Origin: Lentisphaerota bacterium
Lineage (GTDB): Bacteria; Verrucomicrobiota; Lentisphaeria; Victivallales; UBA1829
DNA: 64,000 nucleotides
Assembly (NCBI GenBank): GCA_015061915.1
Contig: SUVR01000002.1
Location: 60,670-124,669 of the forward strand
Reading direction: 5' to 3'
The translations under genes were made by a program, and so were the position numbers. The notes under the pieces are model-generated. The model saw nothing but the letters and a program-made list of their open reading frames with translations, searched no databases and was not told where the DNA came from. Position 1 is the stretch's first letter. Each line of letters begins with the position of its first letter. Of this stretch, positions 18,298-27,544 are shown piece by piece.

Positions 18298-19116
18298 ATG
18301 CAGAAAATTCATCCGACAGCAGTTATCGGCGAAAATGTAAAACTTGGTGAAAATGTTGAAATCGGTCCCTACTGCGTCATTGGCGACAATGTGGAAATCG
18401 GCAACAACTGCAAACTCATCTCCCAGTGCCATATCGGCGATCATACAACGATCGGCGATAACAATATTTTCTATCCCTTTGCCTCCATCGGCACGGATCC
18501 GGAAGACTATGCCTACGATCCGGCACAGGGTCCCTCCTTCACAAAAATCGGCAACAACAACAAGTTCCGTGAAGGTGTCACCGTAAACCGCGGTACTCAC
18601 GCCGGAACGACCACCGTGATCGGCGACGGCTGCTTCTTTATGGCGAATTCCCACGTTGCCCACAACTGCGTGGTCGGCAACAATGTGATCATGGTCGTCG
18701 GCTCTATGATCGCCGGTTATGTGGAAGTCGGTGACAAAGCGCTGCTTTCCGGCATTACCGCTGTTCACCAGTTCTGCCGTGTCGGCAGAATGGCTGTGAT
18801 CTCCGGCTGTTCCGCAATCAGTATGGACCTTCCGCCGTTTATGATCACCGCCGGCAGAAACGAAGGGATCAGCGGCTTCAACATCGTTGGTATGCGCAGA
18901 AGCGGCTTTGCTCCGGATACGATCCGCGCCGTGAAGAAGCTCTACGATATTTTCTTCCGTCAGGGACTCAGTATGCCCAATGCCATCGCCAGAGCAGAAG
19001 CAGAACTGCCCCAGCTGCCGGAAGTGGTGGAATTTCTGGATTTCATCAAGTCCGCCAAGCGCGGTGTTCTCCCCGGAGCCAACCGGAAGAACCGTACCAG
19101 CTCTCCGGAAGCATAA
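18298..19116 (+). CDS. lpxA: acyl-ACP--UDP-N-acetylglucosamine O-acyltransferase
   Basis: 272 aa. Left-handed beta-helix hexapeptide repeats from the N-terminus (IHPTAVIGENVKLGENVEIGPYCVIGDNVEIGNNCKL) and an LpxA-type helical C-terminal domain. Confidence 0.9.
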   Translation: MQKIHPTAVIGENVKLGENVEIGPYCVIGDNVEIGNNCKLISQCHIGDHTTIGDNNIFYPFASIGTDPEDYAYDPAQGPSFTKIGNNNKFREGVTVNRGTHAGTTTVIGDGCFFMANSHVAHNCVVGNNVIMVVGSMIAGYVEVGDKALLSGITAVHQFCRVGRMAVISGCSAISMDLPPFMITAGRNEGISGFNIVGMRRSGFAPDTIRAVKKLYDIFFRQGLSMPNAIARAEAELPQLPEVVEFLDFIKSAKRGVLPGANRKNRTSSPEA

Positions 19117-19142
19117 GAGCCGGAACAATTCCGATTTTTCTG

Positions 19143-19175
19143 AAGATCCGCAGTCTGCTGCGGATCTTTTTTTTT
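19143..19175 (+). terminator. intrinsic terminator of lpxA
   Basis: AAGATCCGCAG-tctg-CTGCGGATCTT followed by a T9 run. It overlaps the stop codon of the convergent gene at 19174. Confidence 0.8.
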
Positions 19176-20340
19176 ACAAAAATTGCAATCCGCAATGATC
19201 GAAAGGACACTGAAGCGACAACGAACATCTGCGATATCGGTCGGTCCGGGCGCCATAACCGGAAGCGGGGCGGCTGATCGGAGCGGAGGCAAAAGAGCGG
19301 CTTTCATCCGCCTCCACGGTCTGTTCGATCAATATCTGCCAATCACCTTCGGCATAAGAACCGGGCAGGAACGGCAGATTTTCAACAGCATCATGTCTGC
19401 ATTCGTACTGCACATGAATCGGCAGAGGTTCATCGGACCGGGCGATTATCCTGCGGGAAACATTCCGGATCGTCCGACGCCAACTGGACGAACAGACTTC
19501 CAGTTCGCTGTAAGAAACGCCATCACCAAAGAAATTTCCGTCTGCATCCCCGGTATATTCTGTCTTCCGGCGACGAACTTCTGTATAATTGTTTCCGGTC
19601 GTACTTTCTTCTGTCCGGTCCCACGCGGCTTCTTCACTGAGTGTTCCGCTTCCGGAAACGCCGTTCAGATTCCATTCTTTTCTGGAAGGACAGGATCGGA
19701 GCAAGAAATTCCGCTCGGCTCCAGTATATTCAACCAGCTGAAATGAAGCATCAATCTCCTGCAGGGGAATGGTTAATTTTTTCAGGAGTTGCTGTATTCC
19801 GAACATCCAGTCACCAAGCAAAGTCAAATTGGCAGCATCCGGCAGGAAGACGGGAAAGGACGGGATCAGTTCCCCGGCAGTATAACATTCTGCATAAAGG
19901 ATGATCCGTACATCCTCCGGACCGGTCAAATCTCCCTCCCGGTTCATCTGCAGGTTCAAACATCCCGCCTTAAAGGAAAGTTTACCGGCTTCAAACTCAT
20001 CTGTAAAATCTTCCAGCGGAACCTGCATCCAAGTTTTGTAAAAACCATCCTGCGTCCGTAAGGTGAGTTTCCGGATCTTCCCCTCCTCCACAGCAACAAA
20101 ATAAGGCAGGATCCGCTTCAGTTTATCGCTGATGATCCGCACGGCACCTGCGATACTGTAAAGATTTCCGAAGGGCTTTTCCAAGGTCTGTACCGGTTCA
20201 CCGCACAGTTTGCAGCGTTCCAGCACCGCCAGACGGATCGCCTCCAGGCGTTTGCAGATTGAATCGCCGCACAGGGCGGCACGGTTCTCCCAGCTGCCGT
20301 AATCTTCCCAACAGCGGGCTGTGTTTTCATTTTCGTTCAT
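19174..20340 (-). CDS. hypothetical protein (no recognisable family)
   Basis: The ATG at 20340 is preceded by AAAGGAGAG. 388 aa with no signal peptide or TM segment. The N-terminal region has several cysteines (CWEDYG...CGDSIC...CKLCGEP). Confidence 0.5.
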   Translation of the reverse strand: MNENENTARCWEDYGSWENRAALCGDSICKRLEAIRLAVLERCKLCGEPVQTLEKPFGNLYSIAGAVRIISDKLKRILPYFVAVEEGKIRKLTLRTQDGFYKTWMQVPLEDFTDEFEAGKLSFKAGCLNLQMNREGDLTGPEDVRIILYAECYTAGELIPSFPVFLPDAANLTLLGDWMFGIQQLLKKLTIPLQEIDASFQLVEYTGAERNFLLRSCPSRKEWNLNGVSGSGTLSEEAAWDRTEESTTGNNYTEVRRRKTEYTGDADGNFFGDGVSYSELEVCSSSWRRTIRNVSRRIIARSDEPLPIHVQYECRHDAVENLPFLPGSYAEGDWQILIEQTVEADESRSFASAPISRPASGYGARTDRYRRCSLSLQCPFDHCGLQFL

Positions 20341-20380
20341 CGGCTCTCCTTTCCATTTTTCAAGAGGCAGAGCGTCAAAC

Positions 20381-20409
20381 AAAAAAAGGTGCCCCGTTTC
20401 CGAAGCACC
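20381..20409 (-). terminator. intrinsic terminator of guaA
   Basis: On the minus strand, GGUGCUUCG-GAAA-CGGGGCACC is followed by U7 (A-run 20381-20387 on the plus strand). Confidence 0.75.
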
Positions 20410-20430
20410 TTGAAAAGCCGTTCGTTCAGC

Positions 20431-21735
20431 TTATTCCCACTCGATCGTTCCGGGGGGCTTGCCGGTGATGTCGTACACCACCCGGTTCACGCCTTCCACT
20501 TCCTTCACGATGCGGTTGGACATCTTGAAGAGCAGTTCCCAGGGCAGTTCCACCACATCGGCAGTAACTGCGTCAACGGAGTTAATGGAGCGGATGGCGA
20601 TCACGTGTTCATAAGTCCGCTTGCCGTCTTTCATACCGACCGACTTGACCGGCACGAAGATGGCAAAAGTCTGCCAGGTCTTGGCATACCAGCCGGAGTT
20701 GTGCAGTTCTTCCGTCACGATGTTGTCCGCATCCTGCAGCATACGGAGCGTTTCGCGCTTGATGGCGCCCACATGGCGGACACCCAGTCCCGGTCCGGGG
20801 AACGGATGACGATCCAGCATCACAGAGGGCAGACCGAGGATGCGACCAACTTCGCGGACTTCGTCCTTAAAGAGGCGTTCCACCGGTTCCACCAGCTGGA
20901 ACTTCAGATCTTCCGGCAGACCACCCACATTGTGATGGCTCTTGATCACGCTTTCCGGATTGCCGTCCAGCGGAATGCTTTCCAGAATATCCGGGTAGAT
21001 CGTTCCCTGACCGAGGAACGGCGCATTGGTAGCAGCTGCCGCTTCCGCAAAGACATCGATAAATTCCTTACCGATGATCTTGCGTTTCCGTTCGGGTTCT
21101 TCCACGCCGGCAAGTTTATCCAGGAAGCGGTCCGTGGCATCCACATAGACCAGCTTCATCTTGAACGTATCTTCAAAGATCTGACGGACCATTTCCGGTT
21201 CGTGCTTGCGGAGGAGACCGTGATTGACAAAGACGCAGGTCAGGCGGTCACCGATCGCTTTGTGGATCAGGGCAGCCACCACACTGGAGTCAACGCCGCC
21301 GCTCAAGCCGAGAACGACCGTCTGATCGCCCACCTGAGCGCGGATATCAGCAACAGCTTCTTCCACGAAATTTTCCATGGTCCAGGAACCGGTGCAGGCA
21401 CAATCTTTCATACAGAAATCACAGACTTCCGCCACATCCAGATCATCTTTTGCGTTCGCTTTCTTCACGCCGGGAAGCATATCCGCTGCGGCATTGACAG
21501 CGATCTTCGGCATATCCAACGCCTGAAATTTTGCCAGTTGCGCCGCCACTTTATCACATGCAGCATCTGCCACAAAAATCAAGCCGGAAGGCGCTTCTTC
21601 CATGACTCTTTCCGCAGTAACCGTGTAGGGCATCACCATAGTGTAGATGTGATGGGAGCGGATTGCCCGTGCGAACTTCTGAACACCTGCACATCCACAG
21701 TTGATCAGAACGATCGTTTCTTTTGTTCTTTTCAT
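20431..21735 (-). CDS. guaA: GMP synthase with truncated/degenerate glutamine amidotransferase domain
   Basis: ATP-pyrophosphatase P-loop VVLGLSGGVDSSV, a dimerisation domain and the canonical C-terminus ...GKPPGTIEWE are present. The N-terminal domain is only about 125 aa and lacks the G-x-C-x-G nucleophile and the HPE motif. The ATG at 21735 has an AAGGAG upstream. The track start at 21774 is a TTG. Confidence 0.85.
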   Translation of the reverse strand: MKRTKETIVLINCGCAGVQKFARAIRSHHIYTMVMPYTVTAERVMEEAPSGLIFVADAACDKVAAQLAKFQALDMPKIAVNAAADMLPGVKKANAKDDLDVAEVCDFCMKDCACTGSWTMENFVEEAVADIRAQVGDQTVVLGLSGGVDSSVVAALIHKAIGDRLTCVFVNHGLLRKHEPEMVRQIFEDTFKMKLVYVDATDRFLDKLAGVEEPERKRKIIGKEFIDVFAEAAAATNAPFLGQGTIYPDILESIPLDGNPESVIKSHHNVGGLPEDLKFQLVEPVERLFKDEVREVGRILGLPSVMLDRHPFPGPGLGVRHVGAIKRETLRMLQDADNIVTEELHNSGWYAKTWQTFAIFVPVKSVGMKDGKRTYEHVIAIRSINSVDAVTADVVELPWELLFKMSNRIVKEVEGVNRVVYDITGKPPGTIEWE

Positions 21736-21777
21736 CTTCCGTTTATACTCCTTATGAGTTGAGATGTCATTCAAAAA

Positions 21778-22923
21778 TCACAAGACCCGTGCGCCATCCC
21801 CGATCCCGCAGATCAGGGTTTCCGCCACCTTGCCGGTCATGGTCTTGTAAGCCGTTTTCAGGCGCTCGCAGTATTGTTCCGCCTGATCCGATTCCACCAG
21901 ATGGATGCTGATCCCGCCGAAACCGCCGCCGGAAAGTCTTGCACCTGCGCAACCGGGGAGCGTCTTGGCGATCTCCACCAGCGCATCCAGTTCGGTACAG
22001 CTGTTTTCAAACATATCCCGGCTGCTTTCATGGCTGGCAAAAAGCAGCGCGCCGAACGCCCGAATGTCACCGGCTTCCAACAGTTTCACGCCCTGCATGA
22101 CCCGTTCGTCCTCGCCGACAACGTGTTTGGCACGCTTCCAGTCGGTAATATCCATATCGTCTTTGCAGCTTTCCAACATAGCAGAATCCACATCCCGCAA
22201 TGCCTTGACAGCAGGATATTTTTTCTGGATGGCGGCAAGGGCATTTTCACAGCTCTGACGGCGCAGGTTGTAATCCGATTCCACCAGATTATGTTTTACC
22301 ATCGTGTTGGCTACGACCATACTCCAACCGGCAGGCATGGAAACCGTTTTCAGCACTTCCACGGTGCGGAAGTCACAGAGGATCAGGGAATCTTTTTTGC
22401 CGTAGAGGGAGCTGAACTGGTCCAGCAGACCGGATTTCAAGCCCATGAAATTGTTTTCGACGCCCTGCCCTGCCCGCGCCCAATCCGGCAGGGAAAGTTC
22501 GATCTTGAAGATCGTCTTCAGGGCAAAGCCGAACGCCATCTCCAGTGCGGCGCTGCTGCTCATTCCGGCAGACAGGGGAACAGTGCTGCTCAGTTCCGCA
22601 TTGAATGCGCCGATTTTGGCGCCGCGTTTCTGCAGTTCCAGGATCAAACCTTTGAGATAGTTCCGCCAGTCGCCCTTGACATAGGTGGTAAGATCGTTCA
22701 GATCCAGCGTGCAGTCCTTGCCGTTTTCATGAATGGTGCAGACTGTGCCTTCCACGGGGGACATGGAAACGGTTGTCGCCCGGTCGACTGCGGTGCTGAG
22801 GACGAATCCTTCATTGTAGTCGGTATGATTTCCCAGGACTTCCAGTCGTCCGGGAGCAATCGCACAAACGGCGGGAAGTGCGCCGAAACGGGCTTTGAAC
22901 GCTTCAATATTGGCGTTGGACAT
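21778..22923 (-). CDS. galK: galactokinase
   Basis: GHMP kinase with the galactokinase signature GRLEVLGNHTDYNEGFVL and the ATP motif PLSAGMSSSAALE. Confidence 0.9.
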   Translation of the reverse strand: MSNANIEAFKARFGALPAVCAIAPGRLEVLGNHTDYNEGFVLSTAVDRATTVSMSPVEGTVCTIHENGKDCTLDLNDLTTYVKGDWRNYLKGLILELQKRGAKIGAFNAELSSTVPLSAGMSSSAALEMAFGFALKTIFKIELSLPDWARAGQGVENNFMGLKSGLLDQFSSLYGKKDSLILCDFRTVEVLKTVSMPAGWSMVVANTMVKHNLVESDYNLRRQSCENALAAIQKKYPAVKALRDVDSAMLESCKDDMDITDWKRAKHVVGEDERVMQGVKLLEAGDIRAFGALLFASHESSRDMFENSCTELDALVEIAKTLPGCAGARLSGGGFGGISIHLVESDQAEQYCERLKTAYKTMTGKVAETLICGIGDGARVL

Positions 22924-22951
22924 GGTTTTGTTTCCTTCTGTTTATCGTAAA

Positions 22952-24172
22952 TTATTTATCTTTTTTTCCGCCTTTGGTCAGATAGATGCAGCTGTGGACC
23001 CGGCGGGCACCTTTCTGATCGAATTTTCCATTGTCGCTGGGACAATTCTGCAATTCCAGTTTCTTGCCTTTTTTGATCAACATCTGGCAGGAACCGCCGC
23101 CATCGATGGTCAGCGCTTCATCGCACCCCATAATTTTGAGAAAATAGCAGGAACTGTAGAGGTTGAGACCGGGCGCCTGTTTCGGAAATCTGCCATCGCT
23201 GACCAGCAGAACGATCTTTTTCGTTTCCCGGTTGAGTCCGACCGCTGTATGAGGCGTACTGCCTTTGAAAATTCCGTGCCAGTGACTGCCGCCGTTATTG
23301 AAACTGATCTTTCCGCCTTTCATCAGATAGTAGCCCATGATACAGTTGTCATACTTATCCAGATTGTCCAGATGGTCGATCACGGGAAAACAGCCATTGT
23401 TGAACATCATTCCCTGCTTGCTGTCATAACCCTTTGGCGGCTCATAATATTTGCCGTCGATCTTGAGCGGGTAATAGGGTGCAGCGAAGGGTTTGTAATG
23501 AAAATAGGCACCATTGATCGCAGCAATGGCTTTTTTGTTCTTCCTGACCATATCCTCCACCGTTTGATGGATCATACCGCTTTCTGCCAGTTTGAAACTG
23601 ACATTTGCTTTATCCCAGTCGACCACCACAAAGTAGAGAGACACGGGAAACTTTTTTGTCCACTGTTCGGGGAGCGGATTTTTCTCATATTTTTTCATCA
23701 ATACGATCAAATAATAGCCGCCGTCACATTCGACCACGGGAGTAACATCGCCCACATTTTTGAGTGCAGCCACGGCATCTTCCATAGGCTTCTGCCACAT
23801 AAGCGATCCGGGAAGCAGAAGTGGCAACTTCTGGACTTTCAATTTCTTCTCAGCAGCGACGGCATCAAAAGTAAGGTTTTTATCCGCTTTGAGCTTGGAA
23901 CGGATGTCTTCCAGAACCGCCTTCATATCTTTGTTCGGATTGTGCTTGAGATAAATGTACGCCACATCGCAGAACGCCCCGTTCTGACGGGTAAAATCTT
24001 CAAAGTAATAGCGATAATAGGTCACGCCGGGAGCGAGCTGTTTACTGTCCACCTCCTCCATCTTCAGTTTTTTGAAGACTTCGGGGAATTCTGCGGGGTA
24101 ATCTCCGGGCGCGGCTGCGACAGAGGCGGAAAGAGTCAGGGCGAATAACAGTGTAAACAACAGTTTTCTCAT
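22952..24172 (-). CDS. secreted phosphodiester glycosidase (NAGPA/DUF2233)-family protein
   Basis: Signal peptide MRKLLFTLLFALTLSASVAAA. The C-terminal half has AINGAYF... and ...ALTIDGGGSCQM motifs typical of the phosphodiester glycosidase domain. AGGAG RBS present. Confidence 0.55.
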   Translation of the reverse strand: MRKLLFTLLFALTLSASVAAAPGDYPAEFPEVFKKLKMEEVDSKQLAPGVTYYRYYFEDFTRQNGAFCDVAYIYLKHNPNKDMKAVLEDIRSKLKADKNLTFDAVAAEKKLKVQKLPLLLPGSLMWQKPMEDAVAALKNVGDVTPVVECDGGYYLIVLMKKYEKNPLPEQWTKKFPVSLYFVVVDWDKANVSFKLAESGMIHQTVEDMVRKNKKAIAAINGAYFHYKPFAAPYYPLKIDGKYYEPPKGYDSKQGMMFNNGCFPVIDHLDNLDKYDNCIMGYYLMKGGKISFNNGGSHWHGIFKGSTPHTAVGLNRETKKIVLLVSDGRFPKQAPGLNLYSSCYFLKIMGCDEALTIDGGGSCQMLIKKGKKLELQNCPSDNGKFDQKGARRVHSCIYLTKGGKKDK

Positions 24173-24252
24173 GGTCAGGATCTCCTTCCGGTTATGACGC
24201 TATTTAAAATACTTTTTCAAAGTCCACTTTTCAAGTGGGACAAGAAAAAAAA

Positions 24253-25446
24253 TTATGATATTCTGACGCCTGCGATCCCTTTCAGGTAGAAACCTTCAGG
24301 GAAAGTTGCAGCTACAGGGTGGTCCGGTCCCTGTGCCATCCGGGCAAAGATCCGGAAGTCGCATTTTGCGTCGGCAGCGGCAGAATCCACCACTTTGGTA
24401 AAGAGATCGCCATCCATGGCGCCGGAGCAGGAAAAGGTAAAAAGTTTTCCACCCGGACGGAGCAGTTTCATCGCAAGCAGATTGATATCCTTGTATCCCC
24501 TGGCGGCTTTTTCCCGCTGGGCGGCGGTATCGGCAAATTTCGGGGGATCCAGCACGATCAGATCGAAGGTCCGGCGGGAATCCCGGCACTTACGGAGGAA
24601 CTGGAACACATCCGCCACCTGCGTGCCGAACTGTTCTTCTGTGAAGCCGTTTGCTTCCGCATTTTTCCGGGCGATCGCAAGAGCATCGGCGCTGGCGTCG
24701 ATGTTCAACACCCGTTTTGCACCACCGGCAAGTGCGGCAAGCCCGAAACCACCTGTATAGGAGAAACAGTTGAGAGCATCCTCCGCTCCGGCGGCAGCTT
24801 CCATTACCGTCTTCCGGCTGATCCGCTGATCCAGATAAAAGCCGGTCTTGTGACCATTGCGGGGATCGGCAGAAAACCGGATCCCGTTCTCTGTAAACTG
24901 GAAAAATTCCGGAGGCTCCTCTCCGGCAAGCAATCCGGTACGGAAGGAAAGTCCATCCCGGAGCCGGCTCTCCACATCCGACCGCTCGTAAACAGAACGG
25001 GGAGCATACTTGAGAAGCAGTTTTGCAATCACATCCCGGAAGCGGTCCATACCGGCACCGGTGATCTGGCAGACGCAGCAATCGTTGTAAACATCCGCCA
25101 CCAATCCCGGCAAACCATCGGATTCCGCATTGACCAGCCGGTAAGCATCCGGCAGGACACCGTTGAAGACCGTTTTCCGGTACAAAAACGCCTGTTCCAG
25201 TTTCCGCTCAAAGAAAGAGGCGTCGATTTTTTCCGCTTCGTTTCCGAAGGACCAGATCTTCACGGGGATGGCAGAATCCGGCGAACAGGCACCCCAGGCA
25301 AGAAAGTTTCCTTCAGAATCCACCACCCGGACGGTATCACCGGTCTTTCCGGAAAGTTTTTTCAGCGCCCCGGAAAAAATCCACGGATGTCCCCGCAAAA
25401 TTGATTTTTCCCGTCCCTGCTTCAGAACAGCAAGAGCCTCACTCAT
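24253..25446 (-). CDS. rlmI: class I SAM-dependent 23S rRNA (cytosine-C5) methyltransferase, RlmI-like
   Basis: PUA-like N-terminus (GHPWIFSGAL) with SAM-MTase motifs VLNCFSYTGGFGLAA and VLDPPKFA. The ATG at 25446 overlaps the upstream stop (AATGAGTGA). The track start at 25500 is less likely. Confidence 0.75.
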   Translation of the reverse strand: MSEALAVLKQGREKSILRGHPWIFSGALKKLSGKTGDTVRVVDSEGNFLAWGACSPDSAIPVKIWSFGNEAEKIDASFFERKLEQAFLYRKTVFNGVLPDAYRLVNAESDGLPGLVADVYNDCCVCQITGAGMDRFRDVIAKLLLKYAPRSVYERSDVESRLRDGLSFRTGLLAGEEPPEFFQFTENGIRFSADPRNGHKTGFYLDQRISRKTVMEAAAGAEDALNCFSYTGGFGLAALAGGAKRVLNIDASADALAIARKNAEANGFTEEQFGTQVADVFQFLRKCRDSRRTFDLIVLDPPKFADTAAQREKAARGYKDINLLAMKLLRPGGKLFTFSCSGAMDGDLFTKVVDSAAADAKCDFRIFARMAQGPDHPVAATFPEGFYLKGIAGVRIS

Positions 25447-27511
25447 TGGCGGCACCATCCAAAGCGAACTGGGTATCGTGCAGTTTTTTGTACTTGCCAT
25501 TCAAAGCAAGCAGCTCGTCATGGGTACCGGCTTCCACGATCTTACCCTTTTCCAGAACAATGATCTTATCCGCATTGCGAATGGTGGAAAGACGGTGTGC
25601 GATCGCAAAAACCGTACGATTGGTCATAACCCGGTTCAAAGCATCCTGCACCAGTTTTTCTGTAACTGTATCCAGAGCGCTGGTTGCTTCGTCCAGGATC
25701 AGGATCGGCGGATTTTTCAGAATGGCGCGGGCAATCGCAATACGCTGCTTTTCCCCGCCGGAAAGTTTGCAGCCTTTTTCCCCGACTTCTTCATCATAGT
25801 TCTGCGGATGAGTGCCGGACATAATGAAGTCGTGGGCGTTCGCCTGTTTTGCCGCTTCAATGACCTGCTCCCGGGTCACATTTTCTGCGCCGTAAGCAAT
25901 GTTATCTGCAATGGTTTCATTGAAAAGGATCGGTTCCTGCGTCACGATCCCGATGTGTTTGCGGAGAGACTTGATGGAGAGGTCTTTCACCGGGATGCCG
26001 TCGATCGTCACAGAGCCTTCTGCCGGATCGTAAAAACGGGCGATCAGATTACCGATCGTACTTTTGCCGGATCCGGTTTCGCCAACAACTGCGACCATCT
26101 GACCTTTCCGGATCGTCAGATCCATATCATTCAGGATCCAATGACCCGGTTCATAGGCAAACCGGACATGATCAAACCTGATCTCTTTATCAAAGCCTTT
26201 CAGTTCGACCGGATTTTCAACTTCGGTCATCTCCGAACGCTGATCGATCAAATCAAAATAACGGTCCGCAGCAGCCATACTGCGCTGGATGTGACTGACG
26301 ATTCTCGCCAGATCCTTGATCGGCTTGTACGCCATCACTGCCGGAGCCAGCAACATTGCCATTTCCGTAATCGTAATACCGCTTCTGTAAGCAAAAACCA
26401 GAAAGACAAGTGTTGCGGATACAGCCACCAGTTCCATCAGAGGCGACATCAGCAGCTGGGCACGCAAGGCACGGATCTGATTCCGGAAATAGGTTTTATT
26501 CGCTTTCCGGAAGCGCTCAAATTCCATTTTTTCCGTATTGTTCGCTTTGATGATCAGGATCCCCGTAAATGTTTCGTGCATCCGGGAAAGCAGTTCCGCA
26601 ACATTGGAAAATGCCTTTTTATAAATCCGGCGCACGATTCGGGCGATCACGAGGATCGGCACGGTACAGATCGGGAAACCGATCACCAGACAGATCAATA
26701 CGCCGAAATTATCCATGTGCATCCCCGCATAGACCAGCGCAGCCGCACAGGCAAGAATCTCCAGCGGACAACGGGTAATATCTGCGATCACATCCGAAAC
26801 AGAAGATTCAATCGCAGCCGTGTCGGTCGTACACCGGCTGATCAGATGACCGACATCCTGTCTGCCGTAAAAAGACATACTCTGGCGGAGGAGCGCCAGG
26901 TAGACTTCGTTGCGCATATCCATGATAACACGCGCGCCGACCCAACGGGTGCAGTAATGGTTGATGTAGGTGGCAAGCGCCTTAAGTGCCCAGAGGAACA
27001 CAAATCCAAACACATAGATCGAGAAAAACTGCCAGGCGATCCTGCCGGTTTCCGGATCTGTGATCTGGAAAGAATATTCTTCCGGCCAGGTCAGAGTAAT
27101 GGTCTGCGTCTCTAAAGTCACATACAACGGCAGTCTGCACTTCTCTGCAAACGACTGGAGAGATTCCAGCGTTTCGATCAATTTCGGATCATTGCTCTTC
27201 TGTGCTTTCGGAGTCAGGGCATCTGCCACCGCTTTTTTCTTCTGTTCCGGCGTCAGATCCGGATTCGCCGCGATGGTCTCCACGACCCGTTCCGCAGTCT
27301 GTTCATACTTGACCAGATCGCCGGCATCCGGGGCATCGACCACCATCAACAGTTTGGGAATGATCAGAAAGGAGCTGAACAGAGAGCCGCCGATCACCAG
27401 CCCGAAAAAGATACCAATCGCCAGCCGTTTCCAGTACGGTTTTGTGTATTTGATTAACCGCCAGTAACTGACGCGCTTGAATTCTCTTTCGTTTTCCGAG
27501 ATCCGGCTCAT
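25439..27511 (-). CDS. MsbA-like ABC exporter (fused TMD-NBD) with enlarged first extracytoplasmic loop
   Basis: 690 aa. Type-I exporter TMD followed by an NBD (Walker A GETGSGKST, signature LSGGEKQRIAIARA, Walker B ILILDEATSALD). About 100 extra residues lie between TM1 and TM2. Confidence 0.8.
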   Translation of the reverse strand: MSRISENEREFKRVSYWRLIKYTKPYWKRLAIGIFFGLVIGGSLFSSFLIIPKLLMVVDAPDAGDLVKYEQTAERVVETIAANPDLTPEQKKKAVADALTPKAQKSNDPKLIETLESLQSFAEKCRLPLYVTLETQTITLTWPEEYSFQITDPETGRIAWQFFSIYVFGFVFLWALKALATYINHYCTRWVGARVIMDMRNEVYLALLRQSMSFYGRQDVGHLISRCTTDTAAIESSVSDVIADITRCPLEILACAAALVYAGMHMDNFGVLICLVIGFPICTVPILVIARIVRRIYKKAFSNVAELLSRMHETFTGILIIKANNTEKMEFERFRKANKTYFRNQIRALRAQLLMSPLMELVAVSATLVFLVFAYRSGITITEMAMLLAPAVMAYKPIKDLARIVSHIQRSMAAADRYFDLIDQRSEMTEVENPVELKGFDKEIRFDHVRFAYEPGHWILNDMDLTIRKGQMVAVVGETGSGKSTIGNLIARFYDPAEGSVTIDGIPVKDLSIKSLRKHIGIVTQEPILFNETIADNIAYGAENVTREQVIEAAKQANAHDFIMSGTHPQNYDEEVGEKGCKLSGGEKQRIAIARAILKNPPILILDEATSALDTVTEKLVQDALNRVMTNRTVFAIAHRLSTIRNADKIIVLEKGKIVEAGTHDELLALNGKYKKLHDTQFALDGAANE

Positions 27512-27544
27512 AATGTTTCCTTTGTTCTGCTTTTTAGATTTCGA

